In this document: positions 36,721-49,700 of the stretch, piece by piece | How positions within the stretch are numbered: position 1 is the stretch's first letter | Layout: the number at the start of each line of letters is the position of its first letter | Source of the DNA: Hydrolagus affinis | Taxonomy: Eukaryota | DNA: 64,000 nt | Reading direction: 5' to 3' | NCBI GenBank assembly: GCA_012026655.1 | Contig: JAAILG010000874.1 | Span: 1-64,000, forward strand | Translations under genes and position numbers: made by a program | The notes under the pieces: model-generated | What the model was told of the DNA's origin: nothing | Databases searched by the model: none | Seen by the model: the letters and a program-made list of their open reading frames with translations, nothing else

Positions 36721-39045
36721 GTTCACAAACTCCAGCAAAATAGCAATAGGAAATATTTTCAACGAAGAAAATATGGAGAAATTTCAACTGCATGGGAATA
36801 TTCTGCTCATTTCATTTGTCATCACAAATAATTATTTCTTTTAAATGTCAATTCATAACCTAATCATACAGAATTGTATTCCAATTCATCTGCTGTCATT
36901 CACGGAAAATGTCACCCAGTAGATTTTAATAAAGCAATTATACCTACATTTAAAATGCTGCAAAAGCTGCCAAAGACAATTGTAACATGTTAGTAGCAGT
37001 TTTAATTAAGTGTTCTTTCCAATTATATAAGCAGATATAAAAATTCCTTTCTATGAATTATTCAAGCAGTGACCAGACCAATGCTTCAGGCTTGTCCATG
37101 TTTCACCCTTTACAATAGATGAGGAGGTCAGCATTGACCTCTGGATGTGTATTCAGAAGCCGAGGTGAAGCAAACCAGGACACTACCAAGGTTGAAAAGG
37201 GTTGGAGAAGTGGGTCAAGCAATGGTTAACTGACACCAAAATTCTAGGAGTTTAAAAATAAGCTTGTGGAAAGCAGGAATAAAATTGCTTATGAGACTAA
37301 CATTCATTAAAGTAACATAAGGATTCCGATAAATGAAACTTCACATTAATATCTCTAAACTCACATAACATCGCGTTGCTGCCAATAGCTCTGCATATGA
37401 ATTTCTTCACCAATAGGAATTCTATTCAGCAAACTTTGTGTTGTAAACTGAAAGTTAAAATAGATGTCCTAGATCTATATGATGAAGAACTGCACGGTTT
37501 TAACGTTTTATTTCATGTTTCTTCTACACAACCAGTTTAAAGGTGGTGGAATGTGCCACTGTACCTTTATTGTTCAATTTGTCTTTCCAATTAGAATGGT
37601 TTAAAAAGTTCATCATGAACTGATAAACTAAAACTGATCAAACAAAATGAATCGCTGGAGTTACAAAATATTTCATAGAGACAAAAAATCTGTTCCAAGC
37701 AAATCAAAAGTTCATGCTACCTTTTATACATCCATCATTCATTCTCTTCAAATATTAATTTATCAGTGACTTAAAGAAAGACCAGCAAACTAATGTATAA
37801 CTACATCAAACTTTTGTAAACGATCCTGAACAAACCCCAAAAATATATAGTTAACCTGAGAATTCAAAGAGCATTGGAGAAAGTTCTGACATTCTGTCTC
37901 AATTTTTGAAGCTGGTATTTTGTTGTTCTCAGGAACTACTGAAGTGAGCTTTACCTGCTGAACTGTTACTCCAACTAACTCACCGAGAGCCTGGGTGCAA
38001 GCCTGTAGTCTTCCAGTCAGAATGGATTGGTATTACACTGGACGTCACTTGCCTTTATCCATCGGCTCATCAGTACTGGCATTTCTAAAATATTACTAGA
38101 GTATTTAGTTTTACTGTTGGTGTAGTTATTTTGTCTTTTAATCACTGTTGTGCAGAGGGGGCTGGCATTCACTCAATAATGTCAGGCAGCAGAGCTAAAC
38201 GAGCAATCACTGTTGCAGTGGTCTCAGCTGTTGAGGCAGGGCCATAACCATGGAAGAAAGCATAACAGCAGTATCATAGGACTGACAGAGTCTGGTTGCC
38301 AAGGAAACACTAATCAGTTGGACCGGGTTGTGTGATGTCCAAGTATGCTGTTAAATTATATTTCCACAATACTGTGGTTAAAAACATTTGTCAGCAAAAT
38401 CGATGGGGAAACTAGGATGCTCTGGGTTAAGGTTGATGTCAGAACTTGAGAGAGAAATTGAGAGATCAGATCAAAACTGAGCAATAAAGAAAAAGCACAG
38501 AACAGATCTGTTCCCTGAACGCATTTTAACATTATGCAAATGACACTGGAATAATAAAGAATGGTTATTACAAAGTCATCACACATCTTAAGAAAATTAA
38601 GTTGCTTTTAATACAGATGCTTTTCGTCTTGGGAGGAGAATAAATATCAAGAATAACAAGATGTCAAGTAGAAATGTATTCATGTAGAAATTTACAAATT
38701 ATATAATACAATAATATTTTTTCAAGTTTTTTTCAGTAATTTTACAAAACTCATGAAAACTTTTGTTTTATTTTTTATTCGAGTGAGGAATGCAATGCCT
38801 TTCTGCCACTAATATCAGATATACACTGACTATATGTTCATTTAAATCTCAAAGATCTCACAATTTTAATTTTGTACTGATTTGCCGATTTTGTCAAGTT
38901 TGCTTCCTCTATCCTGTTAAGCCTCATACTTGCCATGGTCTATATAATGTCTCCTCCAAGACATCGCTTTCAGAGATTGAAATTGCCCAGCCTAGCTCAT
39001 CTCTTCATTTTCCATAGCGCATCCCATTGAAACTCATTTATTTTA

Positions 39046-39366
39046 GGAGTCCTGGAGCTCAGTGGTTAGAGCATTCGCCTTACAAGCGTGAAACCTATGT
39101 TTGATTCTAGCCAGGGCGAAACATCGGGAAAGTTTCCTTACCCCACATGTCCAATAATAATCCCTCAAAAAAAATTGGTCGTTTCGATCCATGACTGTTT
39201 GTGGGACACTGCTGTGCACAAATGGCTACCGTGTTTAATAGTCAATTCATTTTACAGTATATTCTGTGAAGCGCTTTGAGACATTTGGAAGATGTGAAAA
39301 GCGCTTTATCAAACGCAAGATTATTATTATTATTATTATTATTAATATTATTATTATTATTATTAT
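39046..39366 (+). mobile_element. Young tRNA/Deu SINE, full length, long (TTA)n tail
   Basis: ggagtcctggagctcagtggttagagc head through ~45 bp of TTA repeats. Confidence 0.95.
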
Positions 39367-39562
39367 TTCACCACCTGTGGTGTTTGCTCAGACTATGGCA
39401 AGACTTACATAAGGAACTCCAGCTGTGTCCTGACCTGACCTGGAGCATAACTGGTCTGAACTTAACTGATTTGTCAATGTACGCCACTATCCTACTTACC
39501 TTATAAACAAACTGTTTGTATCAGGGGGGAGTGACAAGTCGCCCGAGCAACTCTTTGTAATG

Positions 39563-39873
39563 AATAATTATAATAATCCTTGCATTTGATATAATGCTTT
39601 TCACATCTTCTAGACGTCTCAAAGCGCTTCACAGAATGGACTGTAAAGTGAATTGACTGTATGTATGTGGGCGAAACACGGCAGCCAATTGTGCACAGCA
39701 ATGTCCCACAAACAGTCATGGATCGAAATGAACAATTTTCTATTGTTTTATTTGAGGGATTATTATAGGCGTGTGGAGTAAGGAAACTTGCCCAAGGTTT
39801 CTCCCTCCCTGGAATTCAACCCAGATCTCTCGCTTGTGAGGTGAGTGCTCTAACCACTGAGCTACAGGTCTCC
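39563..39873 (-). mobile_element. Young tRNA/Deu SINE, full length
   Basis: Complete head, Deu core and tail on minus. Confidence 0.95.
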
Positions 39874-40832
39874 ATTTAATGAGTTGGAACACTGGATGCA
39901 CTCACTTAAAATAAACAGTTCGATGAGAGGACAATGGAATGGATCTTCTGAAGAATGAGTTCAGATAGGCTGAAGGACATTTTTCATCCAAGCCAATCCT
40001 TTGATATCTCTGTTAAGTGTCTAGTTCAGCCCTTCGATAAAGTACAAGCAGCTGAGCAGGCTATGCTGGCCAATGCTGAGAATAAATAGATTGTTTCTGA
40101 AATATTCAATATATTCGCTTTAACAAGTCCGCAAAATATTAAACAATAGATATTCTTCAATGAGGTGAATGAGGTAATTTCAATTAGTTAAGCTTATTTT
40201 TAAAAAATATTTTAATGTTCTGCTTTGAAGAGACTGAACTTCGACTTAATTCCCAACCCTCAGAAGGTTTTATCTACAAAAAGGTTTAAGCTTCCATTAA
40301 TCATAATCAAATAATATGTCATAGCTTAATTTACCCATGTTTACTTTTCACTTAATCCAATATTTCTACCTTAGTTCTTCCAATGCATACACCAATGCTG
40401 ATAGCTGCTTGACTGAAAATAATATCAATGACTTATTATTCTCTAAGTTAATTTACATAGCTAAGGATTTGTTGATGCCCAACTGAATTCCTGAGCAGAT
40501 TAGCATAAACAATTTGAACAACATCTTGACAAAAGTATACCATGCATCACAATGTCAGATGTGGCAGTTGATCTCTGATTTTTTTAAAAAAGAAAGTTGC
40601 AGGCAGCATTGAAATTAGCATTTTTTTACTCTTACAAGTTTAACGTTGTGACAAATTGCTTAATTTTTTTTCAAAATAATAGTATTTGTTTTCGATTAGT
40701 TTGGCAGCACGTAAGTATGCTTAAGCACCTTGAAGAAAATCTCCCAACCATGGATTGATGTCACAGAATAAATGATGACAGCCATTTAAAGGGGAGAAAC
40801 AACAAGCATTATGTACAGTTTTACTTCCTTAA

Positions 40833-41041
40833 TGGTGTGGAACGCAGCACTCACAAATGGCGATGCACTTTGTGCCAAAAAGAACACTAATCACAGATAT
40901 TTTGGCAACAGCAGAGAGAAAAAAAATTCCAAAGGAAATATTGAATGCACCTTTATTTGTTGCTGGTGTCAAAATATCTGTGATTACTTTGTTTTTGGCA
41001 CAAAATGCAACACCATTCATGAGTGCTGTGTTCTCTCACCA
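40833..41041. repeat. Long inverted repeat / fold-back element
   Basis: Arms 40833-40913 and 40961-41041 are reverse complements at roughly 80% identity by eye, around a 47-nt spacer. Confidence 0.9.
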
Positions 41042-41328
41042 CAAGACCTAGGGCAGGTCAGGGCGAAACCTTGGGCAAGTTTCCTTACTCAACACGTCTA
41101 ATAACAATCCGTCCAAAAAAAAACCACAATAATAAAATTGGTCATTTCAATCCACGACTGTGTGTGGGACACTGCTGTGCGCAATTGGCTGCCGCAATTC
41201 GCCCCCAAATATACAGTCAATTCACTTTACAGTATATTCTGTGAAGCGCTTTGGGACGTTGATAAGATGTGAAAAGCGCTATATCAAATGCAAGGATTAT
41301 ATTATTATAATATTATTATTACTATTAT
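41042..41328 (+). mobile_element. Young tRNA/Deu SINE, 5' damaged
   Basis: gggcaggtcagggcgaaaccttggg...Deu core...(TTA)n. Confidence 0.93.
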
Positions 41329-41710
41329 AAGACCCTCCACTGTGTTGCCTCCTCCTACATCTCTGACCTGCTGGCCCTCTATCAACCTGCCCATTCCCTC
41401 TGCGCAGCAGGCTCCACTCTGCTTCATGTCTCCCGGCCCTGACCATCCATATCATCAGCTTCTCTGCCCCCACCCTCATGATCCCACAATCCCTTCACCT
41501 TGCTCCCTCTGTTGCCTCCTTCAGGGCACAAACTCAATACCCTCATTTTCAACCGTGCCTTCAGCCGCACTTCTTCCTCTCTGCCTGCCCTCCCTCACCC
41601 CAACTCTGCACCGCCCCACGCTGGATCCTTGTCCCTGACTGTTCAGCCCCTCGGGACTTCCACCCAGGCGCTTTACAAATATAATTTTGTTGTTGCTTGC
41701 TGTTGCTGTT
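41329..41710 (+). mobile_element. L2-clade LINE 3' fragment
   Basis: Homologous to ~62450-62873, ending in aattttgttgttg. Confidence 0.85.
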
Positions 41711-42435
41711 AGCTGCTCTCATGCACAGGAACCGAGAGCTGACCGTTCTTAAGAATTATCACCTGTTATGCTCTGCACCAACAGTTGATATTTCAACACA
41801 AACATGTTATGCATCCATTGTCGCAATAAACCAATTTACAGTGCTAGTTTTCTGCTGGCTTATCTATCAATAACAGAATACAGTATTTGTCACTAATTAT
41901 TGATATTTCTAAGGTTGCACAGGTCAATCTGTATTGCTGGGGAAAATACTCTACATTACAAAATCATGTCAGGTTTCTGAGCAAAATCAATGCATTGGCT
42001 GTCTCAGCAAAGACACCATAATGAAAAGGACAAACAATATGAAAACAAAATGGTATTTTTCTCACAAAAACAAATCGTCTGAAATTATTTTTGGTCCTTT
42101 CAATGAAATATTAAAACCAGATCCTGTCCGGGTAGTAAAGATTGTATGGTACGTTTGGAAAAGAGAAGGTAGTTTCTCCTGGTGTTCTGGCCAAAAATCC
42201 ATATGTTGTTGGTCATTCACGTCTTGACTGTGTGTGGGGCACAACCATATACAAATTGGCTGCAATGTTCATCTACAAAATGGCACAGACACTAAACATG
42301 ACATGACATGACGTGACGAGGTACTACATCAAATGCAATGGAATGTTAGTGGATCATCACCCACTATGATTCCAAGCTACGTGAATCACACCCAGATCAA
42401 ATCTTAGGAGTAAGCTATGTGATCTATGTGACAAG

Positions 42436-42831
42436 TAGTGTCGGGCGATATATCGATGTATCGGTTATATCGGTATAATTTTTCATATCGATATGCCGAT
42501 ATTGGAAATTTTAATATATCGGTATATCGAAAAATTCGATATATTAAAAAAAATTGGTATATCGCAAATATTGGTATATCGTGTCCGGCGATATATCGAT
42601 ATATTGGTTATATCGGTATAATGCGAACTTTTTCAACTTATCTTGTCGCCGGCATTGCAAACCTCCTGGACCTAGAGCACGGAATGCGCGCGTACCTCCG
42701 AATGCGTGCGCACCTCCGAATGCACGTGCATACACAGGATTAAAAAACCCGGCATATCGACATATCAGTATATATCGATATGAGCCTACCGATATATCGA
42801 TATCGGAAAATTTCCATATCGACAGACCTTA
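42436..42831 (-). mobile_element. hAT (Ac-like) CGATAT-rich MITE, 396 bp, same family as 23035-23751
   Basis: Perfect 8-bp TSD gtgacaag (42428-42435, 42832-42839). The right end is the reverse complement of the 23035 end (tcgatatggaaattttccgat). Confidence 0.93.
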
Positions 42832-44039
42832 GTGACAAGGAACAATAATGGATGGATGGGAATCTTTTATAACGGAGCTTATTACACTTTTGGTATTCAT
42901 GTATTAATTATTTCAGTTACAGTTATACTGCACACGGCCATTGGAATATTACAATATTGGTTTCAGTTATTTGCCCGTTAAAAAAAACATTGGCCACAAA
43001 ATATACAGTCACACAATGTTACAGTGTAGCCTGAGAAGTACATTGATTTATTGATGATGTGGTAAGGTGCTACATATCAAATGTGAGAGTTAGTATTAAT
43101 ACAAGGGCATTATTGATCGGCTAGTACCAGGTGAAAGCACATCTGTGAAGACAAGCAAAGATAAACAGCATCAATATTTTATTGTAGAAAACAAGAGAGT
43201 ACAGTGGACTGGCAATACAGGGCAAATGCTGCATTAAAGCTCCATCAACTTGTTTAGGGGATGGTAAAGTTCTCCTAATGCTATTTTAAAAGAAGAGGGG
43301 AGGTTTCCTCTTCCCCACACAGTGTTCTGACCATCAACAACCCCCAGATTAATTGGTTGTGTCTCGTGGCTGTTGTCTCAGACCTTGCAAATGGCTATCT
43401 ACTGACGCTGCACTCGATAATAATTAACTGTGAACTGCTTGAGAGATTTCGAGGCGATAAAATGCTGAAAAAATGTGAAGTTATTTAAGCTGAGCGGATG
43501 ACTGTATTTTGAACTTTCTCTCTCTGTTTAGGTAACCATCAGCTGGTAAATACATCAAACATTTCCCATTGAAGCATTTTTATGGCAAATGACTTTCATT
43601 AGGAAAAGGGTTTCATTGTAATGAGGGGAAAAATGCTCCTATCAGGTTCAATAATTGGCAATTACTATTAGAAAATGCTTTAGCGCATGCTTTTGTAAAC
43701 AAGTTGATTGAATGAACGTTCATCTGTCATATTGACACAATATTGTCTTCAGCACAATGATGCACTATTGATGCGAAAACTACCTTGGACTCTGCACACG
43801 TTTAATCCTTGCCTCTTAAAATGATGGTATGTATTGATTATAGTATCTATCTGTGCTTTGTAATTTCACCATTGCAAACTTTCTATGGTAGTAATCACAG
43901 AAATTACTCTTAAAGTCACTTTCTTCAGCAGCTGCCTTTGCACGAGTCAGTTAGCTTGCTATTGAATCCCATTTAATGACACTTCATTTCCAGCCCAGAA
44001 TTCTCCCTGCTTTAATATCTATGCAGCATCACTGCCCAA

Positions 44040-44349
44040 GGTATCCTGTAGCTCAGTGGTTAGAGCACTCGCCTTCAAGCGAGAGCCCTGGGTTCAATTC
44101 CAGGCAGGGCGAAACCTTGGGCAAGATTCCTTACTCCACACACCTGATAATAACCTCTCCAAAAATAAACAATAATAATTTGGTCACTCAATTCACGACA
44201 ATTTGTGGGATACTTCTGTACGCAATTGGCTGCCGCGTTTCGCCCACAAATATACAGTCAATTCATTTTACAGTATATTCTTTGAAGTGCTTTGAGACAT
44301 GCAGAAAACATGAAAAGCGTTATATCAAATGCAAGGATAATTATTATTA
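44040..44349 (+). mobile_element. Young tRNA/Deu SINE, full length
   Basis: tcctgtagctcagtggttagagcactcgcc...ggttcaattcc head, Deu core, tail. Confidence 0.95.
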
Positions 44350-45174
44350 ATAGTAATATCAACTCAGTAGATCCACATAATCAACTCCCCCTACCCCCTA
44401 CTGCCCCCCTCCCTCCCCCACCCCCACCCCAACTCCCACACAAAACTGACATGAAAGTGAGCTTGCACGCTAGAACTTGTCAATTCAGTGACTTTCACAT
44501 AATTTGCACCATTCTGAATTATTACTTCAACTCCTCCGTGTGCCCCCTCAAGTACCCTCAATCACCACATCTAACGCCAACTACGAAGAGGTCATATTCA
44601 AAAATTTAGAACATCCGCCTGCAGCCTCAACCTTCTGCCCCATATCGCCCACCACCATTCTGTCTCCGTAACCCATCCTGCCCTCAGCTCTTACCAAGAC
44701 CACCATCCTGCATTAATTTGTCCCCATCTCTCTTTCTTTCCTCTTATCTACCATCATCACAATGAAAGCCACCACCTGCTGCCTTGACTCCCTCCCCACC
44801 CAACTGCTGAACACCCAGCTCCCCCTCTGTTCGCTGCTGGCAGACACCATTAACCAGTCTCTCTCCTTAGCATCAGTCCCACTCCCCCTCAAAACCACAG
44901 TCATCACCCTCCTCCTTAAAAATCCTCGCCTTGATCCCTCCAACCTGGGCGACTACCTTCCTATCTCAAACCTGCCCTTCCTTGCCAAAGCTCTGGAATG
45001 CATTTACAACCAACTTTGAGCACACCTCTCTCTCCACATCCGACTCGTACTCCTCCAGTCCAGTTTCTGCCCCGCCCACAGTACAGTGACATCGTTGTGA
45101 AAGTCACAAAGGATATCCTCTCTACCGGAGCTCCATCTGCCTCCTCATCCACCTGGAACAGTCGGATCACTGTT

Positions 45175-45539
45175 CGCCGACAGTACACAGGATGATCACA
45201 GGAAAGCCGACTGTACACAGGATGTACCATCCTGAGTACAGTCGGCTTTCCTGCTCTCCTTTCCCCTACCCCGACCCCTCCCCTTGCCACCTTTCCCCCC
45301 TTTTCCCCAAATTCCACTTCCATAACTGTTTGTGGGACACTGCTGTGCGCAATTTGGCTGCCGCGTTTTGCCCACAAATATACAGTCAATTTTTGCCCAC
45401 AAATATACTCTTCTTCATTATGCCCTGAACCTTCCCCTCCTGCTCTTGTCCCTACCTAACTGTACAGCACCTTGGGAAGTCTTCTTGACATGAAAGGCGC
45501 TATATAAATGTAAGTTTTGATTGATTGACTGACCGACCG

Positions 45540-45582
<43 letters not shown>

Positions 45583-45587
45583 AATTG
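45175..45587 (+). mobile_element. Deu-domain retroelement with (GATT)n tail, copy 2, with fold-back 5' junction
   Basis: Interrupts the host L2 between TVDH-like and ILFHHL codons. Long GATT array at 45542-45587. Confidence 0.88.
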
Positions 45588-46481
45588 ATCCTATTCCACC
45601 ACCTGTTTTCCATTATCCATCTCAAAGGGACCGCATTCACTTGGTTCGAGACCTACCTCACAAACCACCAGCAATATATCTCTGCAAATGCATTTTTTTC
45701 TCACTTCCATCCAGTCACCTGCGAGGTACCCTAAGAATCCAACCTAGGACCCCTTCTCTTCCTCATTTACATGTTCCCTCTCGGTGATGTCTTTTGCAGA
45801 CACATGGTTAATGTCCACATATATATGGATGACACCCAAATCTACTGTTCCAGCTGCAACTCCTAGTTCAGTGATGTTCTGTCAGCTTGTCTGTTGGACA
45901 TCAAGAGCTGGATGAGTGCAAATTTCCTGCAGTTGAATGTCAACAAGTTGCAAGACTTTGCCTCCCATCATCATCTTTTCTCCCACAGTTCCGACCTCCT
46001 CAACCTTCCCAACCTGTCCTTAAAACTCTCTGAACTCATGTGTAACTTAGGCATCAGGTTCAATCTCCAGTTATCTTTCATCCCCCACATCCAGTCCCTG
46101 ACCAGCACCGCTTTCTTCCAAATCCACTACATTTCCCATCTCTGAAAATACCTCACTCTAAAAGCTGCCGAAACTCTTGTACATCCCCTTGTTGGATTGA
46201 CTTGTCCATGCTTGGCTGGACTACTCTAACTCCCTCCTTGCCGATATCCCATCCTCCACCATTCACAAATTTAGTTCATTCAAAACTCGGCCACCCACAT
46301 TCTCACCCGTGCTAAGCTTCATACCTCGATTACCCCATTCCTTGCCAAACTCCACTGGCTCCCTATCACAGAGTGGATCAACTTCAGAATCCTCACTCTA
46401 GTGCTTAAATCTCTCCATTCCTTAGTACCCCTATATCTCTCTAACCTCTTCTCTCTTCACAACAGTACCAACTACCTCTGC

Positions 46482-46762
46482 TCACTGTGGAACTCCATCC
46501 CGTAGCCCTTCCGCCTTGCTTCCTCCCTTTCCTCCTTCAAGACTGGTCTCGAGACCTTCCTCGTTGACTGCGCCTTTGGCTGCCCCACTAACTCTTCCCC
46601 CTCTCCCATTCTCCTTCCCTTTCCCCCTACCCCGATCACCCCTCCCCCACCATCTCCCCCTCACCCCCCCCGGCTCGGGCCCGACCAGACTGTTCAGCGC
46701 TTTGGGACATCCTCCCGACATGAAAGATGTTATATAAGTGCAATTTTGTTGTTGTTGTTGTG
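46482..46762 (+). mobile_element. Younger L2 3' end nested in the older L2
   Basis: Highly similar to 62607-62873 (ctcac..tgtggaactccatcccg...aattttgttgttg). Confidence 0.9.
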
Positions 46763-49700
46763 TTACTGGGTCCAGCCTTCTCCTTGATCCCCGAATCCTC
46801 CACTCCACTATCGGCAGCCATGCTTCAGTCACCATGCTCTAAAACTTTGTAATTCTCTCTCTCAACCCCTTTGCCTTGTTTCCCTCCTTTCCCATCTTCA
46901 GTGTGCACCTGAAGATCTTCCTTTTCAACCACACCTACGGTAATCTTCCCCCTACCCCAGGTTCGGCCTTAGACTCCGCCATTGTTAAGCGCTCTGAGAT
47001 GCTGCCTGTCGTGGCAGGTATATAAATGCAAATTGTTGTTGTTATTGAATGAGAAAAGTATAGGTAAGGTGTTCCATACTTACTTGCAATCCACACTGAT
47101 AAAAATTCTGTTGTGTTTTTTCTCGATCGCACGTTTCTGTTCCAAACACTGCTATGCACAATTGACTGCCGCATTTCACTCCCAAAACAAGAACGGGTAC
47201 TGCACTTTAAAACATAATCCGTGAACGCTTATCATTAAATCTGTGCAGAAATCCTGTGTGGAATGGCACAGTTGTGCTATTGTGTGGAGAACAAGAGGTT
47301 TGCCTGACTAGTCATTTTTTTTCTGTATATGTGTTTTCTACATGGAAACACAGTCCACCAGGTATTGTACACGAACAAGCAGGTAGGTGAAGGCTCATGA
47401 CATATTAAATACAAATTGCACAAATAGCTGGGATCAGCTCACTTGGTTTGTTTTAGCGTTTCCGGATGGCCAGGTCTCGTTTGAAAAGAAACAAAATTCT
47501 TCAAACCAACAGGATTATGACTGCAATATTTGAAACAAATATAAAGTGAGGTAAATAGATCATGAATGTTTCAGTTCACAGTGAAAGCATAATGCCATAT
47601 GCCTGGTTCTAAACATTTTCCCCTCAAGTGGAATGATTGCTAAGGAAGCTTTCCTTGGGAAATGTTTCAAGCCACTAAGCACCAGTACATTGACAGCTCA
47701 AATCAGTCAACAATAGACCACGAGTTGTTCAGAACGCATCACGCAGGATTGTCTTTTTCTTCTGCTGGACAATGAATTCTGGAAAGACCATGCAGAGAAC
47801 AATCATAAAAGCAGATTTTTTTTAAAAAAAAAGGTTTACATTAAGACAACAGATTGTACAAGAGTCCAGCAATTATCCCGCTCCTATGGTTCTTTTTAAA
47901 AATGAGTATATTTGGGAAAACATGGGACTAAAATAACTTAAATCCAAATTGATTATGTCAAAATAGCAGCGGAAGCACGAATGAGGCTTGTTAGATCATT
48001 AGCAACAAAATCACAGACACTGAGAAGATATCACGTATTGTCAGTTGACAATAATACATCTAGAATTGTAGTTATTCTAATTCAAACAAAGCTGTGAGCA
48101 CGATGAAGAGAAAATCAGAGGCATAATAGAATTATTTGGGATTTGCATCACGTAATCTTTGAAAAGCAACAAAAATCTTTGTTTTACAAAAGCTTGTTAA
48201 GTTTCTCCTCAACTCGAAGCGATTGGTTCGCAGTACGATAGTCATATTTGAAGGAATTGTGTGTTTTGCTTACGCCACTCAATCTTCTTAAAATTAACGG
48301 ATTTTTTATTGAAGGGAAAAAATAGTTCTGAGAAAAATAATGAGTAGACAGGTTCTTGTGATAAGTGATATAATTCTTGAAACTTGTTTTCTTCAAGTAA
48401 TGTATTAAAATATTCCCTTGTAGAACTTTGACATCAAAATATACCAAGCACGTCAGAGACGAAGTGAGCAGGAGATGGAGTGAAAACAGATGGAAAATCC
48501 CATCGGTCTATATGTCAGTTAACTCAAAGGTGCTTTTAGCTCCTCTGGAGCAAGGTTGCAGGTGTATTTTGATGAGCACACTGTCCGATAAAGGGATAAT
48601 GATATGGTGAATGCCACCATCATTAAATCACTGGAGAGCAATAATGGAAGCGACATTGCCAAGGTTTGCTTGTGATGAATTTGTTCACTTTTCAAGCAGC
48701 CTGAACAGAGAGTCAATCTTAATAGGAAAGGAAAACAATTCTGCAACTTGCCAAAGAAATAATCTTAGCCTAACACCAATGAATGGAGCCGTTCAATACT
48801 ACCATGTTATGTCTGCTTCAGCTGGTTGCTTCGCACGACAGCATTCATTTAAGCACAGGGAGAAATCTCTTTATCTGGAAAATATTGGATACGAGTTCTG
48901 TTTACATTGCTTCAACAATATGCTCATGTTTTAATAATGAAAATGGATCGCACTGATTAGCTATTTATTTAACTGTTTATGAACAAAATGGCCGATAAGC
49001 CTGAACGATGGGTTCTAAAATGTAGGCACATGATGTCATGCATTGTGGACAATCATTCTTTCTTCTACAAACTGGCAACAATAGAAGCCCAATTACACAG
49101 GAATTCAACTCATACTGCATTTAATTTTGCATGTCAAGTGACGTTACTTGCCGAAAGACTGTAAGATTCAACACGATGACAGTCTTCAATGTCACACTTA
49201 TAAATCTATTTTCGCAATCTTTACATCACAGTTTCTTCACATGTTGCAAAAGGTTATTCGCAGCTCAACTTTCTTTTTTTTGATCCAATCTTCCACCCAT
49301 TTAATTTTAATTTTAATGTTTCATTTCATTCCATTTGTATCTATTCCGAATGGTAATACTGCCACCTGCAGCCCAAGTGAGAGCTTTATGTATACGCCAC
49401 TCCTCATAACATTCAATGTGTAAGATAATTCTTGTTTTGTGTTGAAAACTCGCACCACTTGGAACATAAGATTGACTTTAAATGCATTCAAGAGATAATT
49501 TCACTTAAGCAAATGCCTGATCAGGGAATAATACTGCTCAGCAAATAGATTTTTTTCCAAATACCTTAAACCACTTTCCAGGCTGCCTACACTAATTACA
49601 GCCACTCCTGTTAACAGAATCCAATATGCTGATAATTTCTGCTAAATGAAGGGATTCACCATTTTCAATTGTTCAAAATTCAAATTACATTCAGCTACAT

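Larger units (their letters stand above)
44500..47046 (+). mobile_element. Degenerate L2-clade LINE (ORF2 RT region to 3' tail) with two nested insertions
   Basis: TTCCLDSLPT, LLKNPRLDPSNLGDYLPISNLPFLAKALE, YMDDTQ, DIKSWMSANFLQLNVNK and LHWLPI motifs, broken by stops and frameshifts. (GTT)n tail at ~47035-47045. Confidence 0.93.

Noticed and set aside
44040-44115. SINE heads as genuine tRNA genes
   Set aside because: Always fused to the Deu body and LINE-like tail, with degenerate stems and anticodon.
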